From a candidate division WOR-3 bacterium (GTDB lineage: Bacteria; Hydrothermota; Hydrothermia; Hydrothermales; JAJRUZ01), in NCBI GenBank assembly GCA_039804025.1, contig JBDRZP010000005.1, forward strand, positions 28,273 to 92,272: DNA of 64,000 nucleotides, read 5' to 3'. Under the pieces are notes generated by a model. The model saw only the letters and a program-made list of their open reading frames with translations, had not been told where the DNA came from and did not search any database. Position numbers and translations under genes: made by a program. Shown one piece after another: positions 36,565-45,681 of this stretch. The stretch's first letter is position 1. Each line of letters begins with the position of its first letter.

Positions 36565-37506
36565 ATGAATTTAATAGTATTTTTCTTTATAAATAAGTAT
36601 GCCTATGCAGTTTTACCTTATGAATCAAGGAATGTTGATTCCACTGTTTATAGAATTGTTATTGATTATATGGAGGAGGAACTTTCCTCTTATGGAAGTG
36701 TTCTTGAAAGGAATAAGGCTCAAGAGCTTCTTCTTAAAGTAAAAGAATGTGAAAGTGACATTTGTTTAAAGAAATACTCGGAAGAATACGATTTGGAAAA
36801 TATGGTATTTGTTTATCTTGATAGACTCGGTGAAAAATACCTCTTAAGGGTTAAAGTTTTTAATTCAAAGGAAGGTAAATTTGTTTACAATCAGAGAGAT
36901 ATTGCTGACAGGGAATCAGATTTAAATATTATTGTTGAGAGAATGGCAAAATCTGTATATGAAGGAAAAAGCATTGAAAAAGTCGTTACAACAGAAACAA
37001 TTACAGGTTATGAAGCTGAAAAAGAACCAAGAAAGAGACTTACAAGGAGATATTTAACTGCAAGGGTAGGTTCAATTTTCCCTTTAACAGGATATTATGA
37101 TGAAAATAGGGATGTTCCTTTGAATCTATCAAGATTTATTCTTGGATTTCATTATGAAGTAAAAAAGACATCAGTTTCCCTTGAATATGCTGTTTTTTCA
37201 AGAGGTTTTGGATTTGAATTTCCTGTAAGGTTTTATACTTCAACCGGAGATAATGCTCTATTTTATGAATTTGTGCCTGGTTACTATTTTATGCCTGATA
37301 TTTATGAAAACGGATACTGGTATTATGATGGTAGTGGTCGCAAAATTGCTGGAGGAAATGGACCTGCTCTTGGAATAGGTGGGGGTTTTATTCTTTTTCA
37401 CACTTATGATATTCAATTTATTATAGATGCAAAATACCTTTTTATTTTAAATAATGGTCCTGATTCAGGAGTTGAAATAACTTTCGGGCTTTTGGCCGGA
37501 AGGTAA
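36565..37506 (+). CDS. Exported protein: CsgG/TolB-N-like alpha/beta domain plus a C-terminal beta-barrel-like domain
   Basis: Short hydrophobic N-terminus; AVLPYESRNVD...ECESDIC...YLLRVKVFN; amphipathic aromatic strands in the C-terminal half. Confidence 0.65.
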   Translation: MNLIVFFFINKYAYAVLPYESRNVDSTVYRIVIDYMEEELSSYGSVLERNKAQELLLKVKECESDICLKKYSEEYDLENMVFVYLDRLGEKYLLRVKVFNSKEGKFVYNQRDIADRESDLNIIVERMAKSVYEGKSIEKVVTTETITGYEAEKEPRKRLTRRYLTARVGSIFPLTGYYDENRDVPLNLSRFILGFHYEVKKTSVSLEYAVFSRGFGFEFPVRFYTSTGDNALFYEFVPGYYFMPDIYENGYWYYDGSGRKIAGGNGPALGIGGGFILFHTYDIQFIIDAKYLFILNNGPDSGVEITFGLLAGR

Positions 37507-37518
37507 GTTAGTTAAAAC

Positions 37519-38016
37519 TTAAGGGACTTTTTCAAGGGTATTGGAAAGCACATTTTTCATAAAATGAAGGTCCTGTAATGTTTTTAAATTTATTTTTCTT
37601 TTCTTTAAATTAATAAGGTCTTCTAAGGATATAACATAAACTTTTGTTTCACCAAGTTTTTTTTCTACAATCTTATAATCCTTTATATTTTCTTTTAAGT
37701 GCAGTTTAATTCTCCATGGAAAAATTCTCCTGTGATAAAAAATTAAAAATTCCTCTTGAAAACTTTCTTTGTTTTTTAAATACTCATATAAAAATTTGTA
37801 TTTTATATTTCCTTTTATTTTCATCCCCATATTCTGCATTAATTTTATAAATCTTTCAAGGTTCTTATCTTCAAAATCAATTATTAAGTCTATATATCTT
37901 ATTTTTTTTCTAACCCCCCACATATATGTGGCTGTATCGCCGAAGATTGTGAAATTTATGTTGTATTTTTCAAAAAAATTAAAAAACCTTTCAAATTTTA
38001 GGAGATACTTTTTCAT
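37519..38016 (-). CDS. Minimal nucleotidyltransferase-fold protein with degenerate motifs
   Basis: FTIFGDTATYMWG..RKKIRYIDLIID and SLEDLINLK..LQDL resemble GG.A...G..R.T.DID and LEDLI..K...D..D. Confidence 0.55.
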   Translation of the reverse strand: MKKYLLKFERFFNFFEKYNINFTIFGDTATYMWGVRKKIRYIDLIIDFEDKNLERFIKLMQNMGMKIKGNIKYKFLYEYLKNKESFQEEFLIFYHRRIFPWRIKLHLKENIKDYKIVEKKLGETKVYVISLEDLINLKKRKINLKTLQDLHFMKNVLSNTLEKVP

Positions 38017-38065
38017 TTTTGCTTTTTACTATTATAAATATTTAATGATAAATTTTTCAAATATA

Positions 38066-39505
38066 CTATCTTTTTGTAAGAACGCTTTTTTCTATTGCTA
38101 CATTTGTACTCACAATATTAATATGTTTTACAAAGTAATAAAGGCTACTTAAAGAAAAGAGGAAAAGCCATGGTATTGCACCCCAGATTTTCAGTTTGAA
38201 AGCTAAAAAAATGGAAATAAAGGAATAGAAAATTTTTAAAATTTCTGATATACCTATCTCATATTTTACAGAGTAAGCTTTTCTTGTCCCATTTCCCTTT
38301 TTGGGAGTTCTTTCAAAAATAAAATCCTTTTTGAAAATTGCTTCAAGAACAGCTTTTGTTCCTTCAAAACAGAAAGAAGTAAAAACTATTATCAAATAAA
38401 ACATATCTTTAAGTCTCCACTCATATAAGTAATCTTTTCTTACTTTTTTATCTATTGTCCATATGTTATATAAATTTACCATACCAAGAAAAAGAACAAG
38501 AAGTCCAAAGAGTATATGTGAATATCTTGATAAAGGCCAAATAATAACAAAGTAGATTACATTTAAAAGGTAAAGGAAAGGTGAAAGGGTATGGATTAAA
38601 ATATTAAGTTTATCCTCTCTATCTAAATTTGATTTCAAAATGCTCTTCCATAGCTTCAGACCGACCTGAAAAGTTCCTTTTGTCCACCTTTTTTGCTGAA
38701 TTAAAAAAGCATTAAAATCTGTGGGTAATTCAGAAGAAACTAAAAGATCATCTAAAAAAATCCCCTTGAATCCTTTAAGGTGACTTCTTATTGATAAATC
38801 AAGGTCTTCTGCAAGGGTATCTTCATGCCAGTTACCTGCTTCAATTATAGCAGATTTTCTCCATATTCCAGCAGTTCCGTTAAAATTAAAGAAGAAACCA
38901 CTTTTAAACTTTGCCTCCTGCTCAAGCCAGAAGTGATTTCTTAAAAGCATTGCCTGAATTCTTGTAAGTAAGTTTTCATTTTCATTTATATAATCCCATT
39001 TTGCCTGAACGAAAGCTACTTTTGGATCTTCAAAATAGGGAAGGGTTCTTTTTAAAAAATCAGCGGGTATTATAAAATCAGCATCAAATATTGCCACAAA
39101 CTCTCCTTTTGCATATTTAAGTCCATTTTTAAGTGCTCCTGCTTTGAATCCCTTTCTATTATCTCTTCTTATTGCGTAGATATTAAATCCTTCTTTTCTC
39201 TTAATTTCAACAAGTCTATCAACAAGTTCCTTTGTTTCATCAGTTGAATCATCAAGTATTTGAATTTCGAATTTTTCCTTTGGATAATCAATTTTTACAG
39301 CACTCTCCACTATTCTTTCCACTACATTAAACTCATTATAAATTGGTATCTGAATTGTAGTAAAGGGAAATTCCTTAATTTCCTTCTGGGGCAATTTTAC
39401 TTTTTCTGAATTTCTGTAAAGAAGTAAAAGCCAAAGTCTATATGCCCCAAAAATTGCAAATAGCAAAAAAACCGGAAAAAATAAAAATAAATAAAGAAAA
39501 TACAT
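38066..39505 (-). CDS. Processive GT2 glycosyltransferase (cellulose-synthase-like / CslA-type)
   Basis: QIPIYNE, ILDDSTD, GFKAGAL, IFDADF, LAEDLDLS, QQKRW; multiple TMs. Confidence 0.92.
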   Translation of the reverse strand: MYFLYLFLFFPVFLLFAIFGAYRLWLLLLYRNSEKVKLPQKEIKEFPFTTIQIPIYNEFNVVERIVESAVKIDYPKEKFEIQILDDSTDETKELVDRLVEIKRKEGFNIYAIRRDNRKGFKAGALKNGLKYAKGEFVAIFDADFIIPADFLKRTLPYFEDPKVAFVQAKWDYINENENLLTRIQAMLLRNHFWLEQEAKFKSGFFFNFNGTAGIWRKSAIIEAGNWHEDTLAEDLDLSIRSHLKGFKGIFLDDLLVSSELPTDFNAFLIQQKRWTKGTFQVGLKLWKSILKSNLDREDKLNILIHTLSPFLYLLNVIYFVIIWPLSRYSHILFGLLVLFLGMVNLYNIWTIDKKVRKDYLYEWRLKDMFYLIIVFTSFCFEGTKAVLEAIFKKDFIFERTPKKGNGTRKAYSVKYEIGISEILKIFYSFISIFLAFKLKIWGAIPWLFLFSLSSLYYFVKHINIVSTNVAIEKSVLTKR

Positions 39506-39525
39506 TTGGTGAATATATTTTAATT

Positions 39526-40602
39526 TTAGTATGGTCTTAAAAGCAAGTTAAAAAGAAAATAAAAGTAAATTGAATATTTAATCACATTTGATAAATTTTT
39601 CTTTTCTCTTTTAAGATAATTCCAGAAAAGTGATATAAAGGTAAAAAGGAATATAAGAGTAAAAATTATTAGATAGATTTCAAAAAAACTTAAAGAGCCT
39701 GAAAAAAGTGATTTTAAAGAAGTTTTATTGAAAGCAGAACCATAAACAACTAATAGATGTGAATAATATACAAGGAGTGATTCCATTCCGAGGATTTTTA
39801 TAATATTCAAGAATTTATTTTCTTTATTTTCTAATTGATATAAAATTAAGGATAAAAGAGTTAAATTAAAGATTTTAAAATAAATAGAGGCGACAAAATT
39901 TGTAAAAGGTTTTAATAAAAGGTATATTAAAAAATTTATTAATGCAAAAATTATAAAATAAAAATTTTTATTTTCCTTTTTTATCACTAAATATCCGAGA
40001 AAAACACCTGAAAAAAGGTATATGGAAAAGGGTGTTAAGGGAAAGTTTGAATTTTTAAAATACTTATAGAAGAAGAGGGGTAAATCAGGTTCAAATCCTT
40101 TATTAATAAAGAAACTTAAAATTGAAAAAATAAAAATTAAAAAAAAGTTTGTAATTAAAAAAAATTTCTCCTTTTTGGTAATAAAATAAAAAAATTGAAG
40201 TATTAATAGGCTTACTCCTATACATTGAAGGATATCAACATTAAAGAAATTATTCCAATCATTAAATTTTGAATATAATAATATTTTTCTTAAGGAAAAA
40301 TAGGGAAGATGAAGGGTATAACCAAGTAAAATAATAAAAAGTATTCTTCTTATTCTTGTAAATAATTTTTCAGAAAAAACAAGGTATTCTTTTCTATCTA
40401 TTGTTGATAAAGCAAAGCTTATTCCTGAAGCAAAAAGAAAAAGGGGAGCAGTGTATCCTCTAACATGCATCCAGGTCTGGTAAAAGAGGGATGATTTCTG
40501 GGAAATTGAAAGCAGGGCATCAAGGGAATGTCCGTTAATCATTTCAATAACAGCGATACCTCTTAAAAGGTCAAGGAATAAAAACCTTTTTTTATCTTTC
40601 AC
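39526..40602 (-). CDS. Membrane acyltransferase (DUF1624 / HGSNAT-like)
   Basis: RFLFLDLLRGIAVIEMINGH, APLFLFASGIS, DILQCIG, SLLVYYSHL; about 10 TMs. Confidence 0.8.
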   Translation of the reverse strand: MKDKKRFLFLDLLRGIAVIEMINGHSLDALLSISQKSSLFYQTWMHVRGYTAPLFLFASGISFALSTIDRKEYLVFSEKLFTRIRRILFIILLGYTLHLPYFSLRKILLYSKFNDWNNFFNVDILQCIGVSLLILQFFYFITKKEKFFLITNFFLIFIFSILSFFINKGFEPDLPLFFYKYFKNSNFPLTPFSIYLFSGVFLGYLVIKKENKNFYFIIFALINFLIYLLLKPFTNFVASIYFKIFNLTLLSLILYQLENKENKFLNIIKILGMESLLVYYSHLLVVYGSAFNKTSLKSLFSGSLSFFEIYLIIFTLIFLFTFISLFWNYLKREKKNLSNVIKYSIYFYFLFNLLLRPY

Positions 40603-40674
40603 CTTATTATTTTATGAAAATTTATGAATTAGAATAAAAGATAGTAAAGGTATAATTGTTTTTTTTGACATTTA

Positions 40675-40980
40675 ATGAAAAATTTTAAAGAGATATTAGA
40701 TAATGGGAAAAGGTAAAAATTACCATTTTTTTGAAAATTTTTAACATTTATTCTCATATTCTATAATTTTATGGTAGCCTTACCCTTTAGGGTTCGCAAA
40801 AATTCATTATCAAATTTTTTGAAAAATATACAGCGAAGCAACAGAGATGCTTTTGGAGTTAAAAAGGTTTGCGGTATATTTATGGAAAAAGAAAAATTAA
40901 GAACATTTTGTCTTAGGCATTCCTTTTAATCTTATTGAGCCAGAAAAATTCAATATTGTTATGGTATTCTACATTTAATT
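40675..40980 (+). repeat. Duplicated intergenic element, copy 2 (306 bp); left REP deleted, right REP decayed
   Basis: aaaaat|taccatttt lacks tcgcaggctaaagcctgcgtc; right REP reads gtagccttaccctttagggttcgc; ACATTTAAT direct repeat at 40668-40676 and 40971-40979. Confidence 0.95.
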
Positions 40981-41001
40981 TTAAATTTTGTTTTTTTTAA
41001 T

Positions 41002-41028
41002 TATAATTAGTTTTTGGGTCCAATTCCT
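41002..41028 (+). promoter_or_regulatory. -10 box followed by a T-loop-like leader hairpin (GGG-TCCAATT-CCT)
   Basis: TATAAT 41002-41007, hairpin 41016-41028, SD AAGGAGG 41048-41054, ATG 41059. Confidence 0.55.
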
Positions 41029-41058
41029 AATAAAATTTTTTTCCCTAAGGAGGTTATA

Positions 41059-43260
41059 ATGATAAAATCATTTGGAGTGGTAAATACAATGAGAGGAGTT
41101 AAGTTTTTTACTCCTTACAGGTCTGAACCTGAAATAAAAGAAGAAAAACACTTATTAAAACAAGCTTCAGGAAAGAAAAAAAATTTTTTGAAAAAATTCT
41201 TATTTTTTACTTTTTTTACTATTCCCTTAATCTTCTCTGATTCCTTAAATGTTAGATTAATAGGTTTCTGTGATACACCTCAATGGGCTGTTGGTGTATT
41301 TTTATCTTTTCCTTATGCCTATGTTGCAGATGTTGCTGATCTTCCAATTATAGATGTGTCAGACCCTTACAATCCTTTTATAGCCAGTAACATTTATACA
41401 CCAAATAGTGCTGGTGATGTTTATGTTTCAGGTAATTATGCATATATTGCGGATGGTAATGACGGTCTCCGTGTTGTGAAAGTTTTACCAGATGAAAAAT
41501 ACTCTTATGACATAATTGGTAGTAGTGCTGTGGATTTGTTTGTTGCGGGTAACTTTATCTATGTTGCAGATTTGGATCGGGGGCTCTGTATCCTTCAGGG
41601 GGGTGTTGAGGTAGGTTATTATGATACACCTGGCTGGGTGGAAGATGTATATGTTGTGGGAAATTATGCTTACCTTGCTGACATGACAGCACTAAGGATT
41701 ATTGATGTTTCTAATCCATCATCCCCTTATGAAGTGGGTTCCTGTGGTATGCCGTATCCTGCAGCGACACCAAGTGTTTATGTTTCCGGTTCCTATGCCT
41801 ATATGGCTGTAGGCGATTCAGGTCTATGTATTGTTAATATTTCAAATCCTTCAAGTCCATATGTTGTAGGTAAGTATGTCACACCGGGTTCTGCTAATGG
41901 AGTGTTCGTTTCAGGTTCATATGCATATGTGGCAGATGCATCTGGTGGGTTACGTGTTATAGATGTTTCAAATTCTTCAAATCCTTATGAAGTCAGTAAT
42001 TGTTCTACTCCTGACTGGGCATTGGATGTTTTTATTTCAGGAAATTTTGCCTATATTGCAGCAAATAATTCTGGATTACGAATTGTTGATATTTCTGATC
42101 CCTTAAACCCATATGAGATAGGTTTTTTTGATACACCGGATAAGGCATTTGGTGTATTTGTTTCAGGTTCCAATGCTTATGTGGCGGATTTAAATTCTGG
42201 TCTTCAAATAATAGATATTTCAAATCCAGTAAATCCACGCCGAAAAGGTTATTACGATACTCCTGGTTCTGCCATGGGTGTTTTTGTCTCCGGTGCTTAT
42301 TACCCTTATGCCTATATTGCAGATGGTTCAGCCGTAAGAGTTATTGATATCAATTTCCCTTACGAGACCGGAGTCTGTAATACCCCTGGTTCCGCCTCTG
42401 GTGTTTATAAATCAGGAAATTACGCATATGTTGCTGATCAGGACGGAGGACTCAGAATAGTTGATGTGCAGGACCCTTTCAGCCCGTTTGAAAGGGGTTA
42501 TTTATCCATGCCTTCTTATGCAAATGAAATCTGTGGAAACTCCTTCTATGCCTATGTAGCAGACGGTCTTTCGGGATTACGGATTGTATATGTATATTAT
42601 CCTGGTTCTCCTTCAGAAGTCGGATATTATGATACGCCTGGTTTTGCATTAAATGTTTATGTTTCAGGAAATTATGCTTATGTTGCTGATGGTGATTTTG
42701 GTATTCGTATAGTTAATATTTCTAACCCCTCAAATCCCTATGAAGTTGGATACTATGATACACCCGGATTTGCTGTGTCTGTTTATGTTGAAGATACTTT
42801 TGCTTATGTAGCAGATCGCTGGAGTGGTATTAGGGTTTTGAATGTAAGTGATCCATCAAATCCATATGAAGTTGGTTTTCACACTACACCTGATGATGCC
42901 TGGGATGTTTTTGCTTTAAACTCCTATATTTATGTTGCCACTGATTGGTATGGATTAGGGATTTATCAATTTTATACTACTGAAATTGAAGAAAAAAATA
43001 GTTTAACAGAACAGAATTTTAGGATTATTTCTAACATTGCAAAAGATGGTATTACACTAAATTTGGGATCTAATTCCAATAAAGGCAATCTTAATTTACC
43101 AGTTTATAATGTTCTTGGTCAAAAGGTAAAAGACTTTAATATACTTCCGGGTACTGAAACAAAAAGAATTAATCTTTTAATTTCTGAAATTAAAAGTGGT
43201 GTATATTTTTTGAAAATTAAAGGAAAAAAGGAAAGCTTAAAAATTGTAAAAATTCCCTGA
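41059..43260 (+). CDS. Secreted LVIVD-repeat protein (14 repeats) with a T9SS-like C-terminal tail
   Basis: 14 copies of about DTPG.A..V.VSG.YAYVAD...GLRIVD.S.P..P; hydrophobic signal ending ...PLIFS-DSLNVRLIG; tail GVYFLKIKGKKESLKIVKIP; start at SD-preceded ATG 41059. Confidence 0.92.
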   Translation: MIKSFGVVNTMRGVKFFTPYRSEPEIKEEKHLLKQASGKKKNFLKKFLFFTFFTIPLIFSDSLNVRLIGFCDTPQWAVGVFLSFPYAYVADVADLPIIDVSDPYNPFIASNIYTPNSAGDVYVSGNYAYIADGNDGLRVVKVLPDEKYSYDIIGSSAVDLFVAGNFIYVADLDRGLCILQGGVEVGYYDTPGWVEDVYVVGNYAYLADMTALRIIDVSNPSSPYEVGSCGMPYPAATPSVYVSGSYAYMAVGDSGLCIVNISNPSSPYVVGKYVTPGSANGVFVSGSYAYVADASGGLRVIDVSNSSNPYEVSNCSTPDWALDVFISGNFAYIAANNSGLRIVDISDPLNPYEIGFFDTPDKAFGVFVSGSNAYVADLNSGLQIIDISNPVNPRRKGYYDTPGSAMGVFVSGAYYPYAYIADGSAVRVIDINFPYETGVCNTPGSASGVYKSGNYAYVADQDGGLRIVDVQDPFSPFERGYLSMPSYANEICGNSFYAYVADGLSGLRIVYVYYPGSPSEVGYYDTPGFALNVYVSGNYAYVADGDFGIRIVNISNPSNPYEVGYYDTPGFAVSVYVEDTFAYVADRWSGIRVLNVSDPSNPYEVGFHTTPDDAWDVFALNSYIYVATDWYGLGIYQFYTTEIEEKNSLTEQNFRIISNIAKDGITLNLGSNSNKGNLNLPVYNVLGQKVKDFNILPGTETKRINLLISEIKSGVYFLKIKGKKESLKIVKIP

Positions 43261-43288
43261 GATAATTTTCAAACTTACCTGAATCTTT

Positions 43289-44458
43289 TTAAATATTTTC
43301 CTCTAAATATTCAATAAATTTTTCCATACCTTCTTTTATCCTATTTTCTGTTTGTGTTAGAGAAAATCTTAAATAGGATTCACCATATTTCCCATAACCT
43401 GACCCAGGACCTATCATCACTCCTTTTTTATCTATCAAATCAGAAACTATTTTCATTGAATCCTTTTCCTTTGAATTCATTTCAGCCCATACATAAATTG
43501 TTGAGTCAGAGTTATAGTAACGCCACCCTATTTTTTCTAAATATTCCTTTATAATTTTTCTTCTTTCTTTATATATTTTTCTTAATTGAGGAGTAAAAGA
43601 ATCGTATAATTCAATTGCCTTAATCGCAGCTTTTTGAATGGGTATAAAAACACCAGAATCTGTATTTGTTTTAATAATTGACAGTGCTTTTAGAATTTCC
43701 TTTGAACCACATGCCCATCCTATTCTAAAACCCTGCATATTGTATGTTTTTGAAAAGGAATGTATTTCAACAGCTATCTCTTTTGCCCCATCAACTTCAA
43801 AAATTGAAGGAGGAGCCTCGTCTTCATAGATCTCTGAATAGGCATTGTCGTGAATTATATATATTCCCCATTTATTACAAAAATCAAAAAGTTCTCTAAA
43901 AAATTTTATATCAGCCCTTTTTGATGTTGGATTGTTAGGGTAATTTAAAATAATAATCTTTGTCTTATTTAAAATACTTTTTTTAATAGAATTTAAATCA
44001 GGCAAAAAATCATTTTCCTTTAAAAGAGGTAATTCATAGGGAATTGACCCTGAAAATAATACTGAGGTTCTATATGTAGGATACGCTGGGTCTGGTATTA
44101 GAGCATAATCTCCCTTTTCACAGAGAGCAAGAAAGAGATGGGTTATACCTTCCTTTCCTCCTATCAGAATCATTATCTCTTCTTCAGGATCCATAAAAAC
44201 TTTAAATCTTTTTTTCATCCATTCTGAAATTTTTTTTCTTAAATCTATTAATCCCCAGTAAGAAGGATATTTGTAAAAATCTTTTTCTGAAAGAGATTTT
44301 TTTAATTCTTCAACTACTTCATGAGGAGGCTCTAAATCAGGGTCTCCATGAGCGATGTTTATTATATCAAGACCTTTTTCTTTTGCTCTTTTTATTGCTT
44401 CATCCATTTCAGCGTATATATAAGGGGGAACACCCCTTATCCTTTCAGGAAATTTCAT
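43289..44458 (-). CDS. Class I/II PLP aminotransferase, LL-diaminopimelate aminotransferase-like
   Basis: HGDPD, IGGKEGI, PDPAYPTY, LNYPNNPT, HDNAYSE, SFSKTYNMQGFRIGW; clustered with lysC and lysA. Confidence 0.85.
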   Translation of the reverse strand: MKFPERIRGVPPYIYAEMDEAIKRAKEKGLDIINIAHGDPDLEPPHEVVEELKKSLSEKDFYKYPSYWGLIDLRKKISEWMKKRFKVFMDPEEEIMILIGGKEGITHLFLALCEKGDYALIPDPAYPTYRTSVLFSGSIPYELPLLKENDFLPDLNSIKKSILNKTKIIILNYPNNPTSKRADIKFFRELFDFCNKWGIYIIHDNAYSEIYEDEAPPSIFEVDGAKEIAVEIHSFSKTYNMQGFRIGWACGSKEILKALSIIKTNTDSGVFIPIQKAAIKAIELYDSFTPQLRKIYKERRKIIKEYLEKIGWRYYNSDSTIYVWAEMNSKEKDSMKIVSDLIDKKGVMIGPGSGYGKYGESYLRFSLTQTENRIKEGMEKFIEYLEENI

Positions 44459-45681
44459 TTTTCACTCCTTTCAAATAATCTTTTTAAAATTTCAAAAGTT
44501 TTATAAGCATCTTTTTTCTCAATAAAAGTCATTATGTCAGTATGGAGTGTTAATATTTCCCATATATTTATTCCCTCTTTTGAAATTGGTGTAACAATTT
44601 TTTTTATTACACCTGGCTCATTTATAAATTTTAAACTTCTTATTAGAATTTTTTTAATCCCCTTTTTAATATTAAGCATTTTTAAATTTTTGATCTTTTT
44701 GAGAAGTGTAGAAAGAAGAAGATAACCCCTTTCAGAATCCTCTTCAAGAAGATATATGGAAATTAAATTATCTGATATAGTTATTGAGTATATGGAGATA
44801 TTCTCTTCATAAAGTTTTTTTGAAATCTCATAAAGGATACCTGGTGTTTCTGGTAATCTATTTCCTACAAAAGTGAGCACTGAGAAATTTTCATCCTCCA
44901 TAGATATTTTGATCTTTTCCCTGAAAAGAACTTTTGTTCCCTTTTTAAATTCAGGGGATACAACCTTCATTTTTTCTATATTTTCAGTATATTTGAGGGC
45001 AAGGGGATTTAAAACTTTTGCTCCTGAAGAACTTAAAATACCGAGTTCCTCAGAAAAAATTTTTTTTATTCTTTTTGTTCTTTTCAAAATTGAAGGATTT
45101 CCACTTAATATACCGCCTGTATCCTTTAAAAATATAACTTCCTTCAAATTTAAAAGTTCTGCTATTAAAACACCTGATATATCACTTCCTCCCCTTCCAA
45201 GTGTTAAAATTCTACCTTTTCCATCTTTTGCTACAAAACCAGGAATAATTAAAACCCTGTATTTTTCAAAAAGAGGTAAAAAATGTTTCCTTACTTTGAT
45301 ATTACTTAAATTCAGGATATCAAAGTTTCTCTTATCCTCAGGCGAAGTTTTAGTTTCAATTGAAATGTAAATTGGCCATTCCCTCATCCACGGAAGAATT
45401 GTCTTTGCCCTTATATTTAAAAAATTAAAGGCAGATTCAAATAAAATTGAAGATTCTATCTCCCCTAAGGGTAAAAATCTTTCCATATTCCAGAAATCAG
45501 GTGAGGGGATTGCTCTTTTAAAGGTTTCATAGAGAGAATCGGTTTTCCCTTTCATTGCTGAGGTAACAAGTATTATCTTTGATTTTTTATAACTATTTAT
45601 AATATTCTCTGCCATTCTTAAATAATCTTCCGGTTTTTCTAATATAGAACCACCTATTTTAATTACCTTAATATTTCTCAT
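44455..45681 (-). CDS. lysC: Aspartate kinase with ACT domains
   Basis: VIKIGGS, VTSAMKGKTD, IPGF, LTLGRGGSD, KDTGGI..NP; two ACT-like C-terminal repeats. Confidence 0.85.
   Translation of the reverse strand: MRNIKVIKIGGSILEKPEDYLRMAENIINSYKKSKIILVTSAMKGKTDSLYETFKRAIPSPDFWNMERFLPLGEIESSILFESAFNFLNIRAKTILPWMREWPIYISIETKTSPEDKRNFDILNLSNIKVRKHFLPLFEKYRVLIIPGFVAKDGKGRILTLGRGGSDISGVLIAELLNLKEVIFLKDTGGILSGNPSILKRTKRIKKIFSEELGILSSSGAKVLNPLALKYTENIEKMKVVSPEFKKGTKVLFREKIKISMEDENFSVLTFVGNRLPETPGILYEISKKLYEENISIYSITISDNLISIYLLEEDSERGYLLLSTLLKKIKNLKMLNIKKGIKKILIRSLKFINEPGVIKKIVTPISKEGINIWEILTLHTDIMTFIEKKDAYKTFEILKRLFERSEK

Noticed and set aside
40088-40098. GGTTCAAATCC inside the acyltransferase gene
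   Set aside because: It is antisense to the CDS (encodes GFEP on the coding strand) with no -10 box or downstream start. Treated as a chance hit; it shows background occurrences exist.
41059-43260. Higher GC of the LVIVD gene (and the peptidase) as evidence of horizontal transfer, or its repeats as a DGR target
   Set aside because: The Gly/Ala/Pro/Asp/Val-rich composition explains the GC shift. The repeats are diverged protein repeats with no adenine-specific template/variable pair, and there is no reverse transcriptase in the window.
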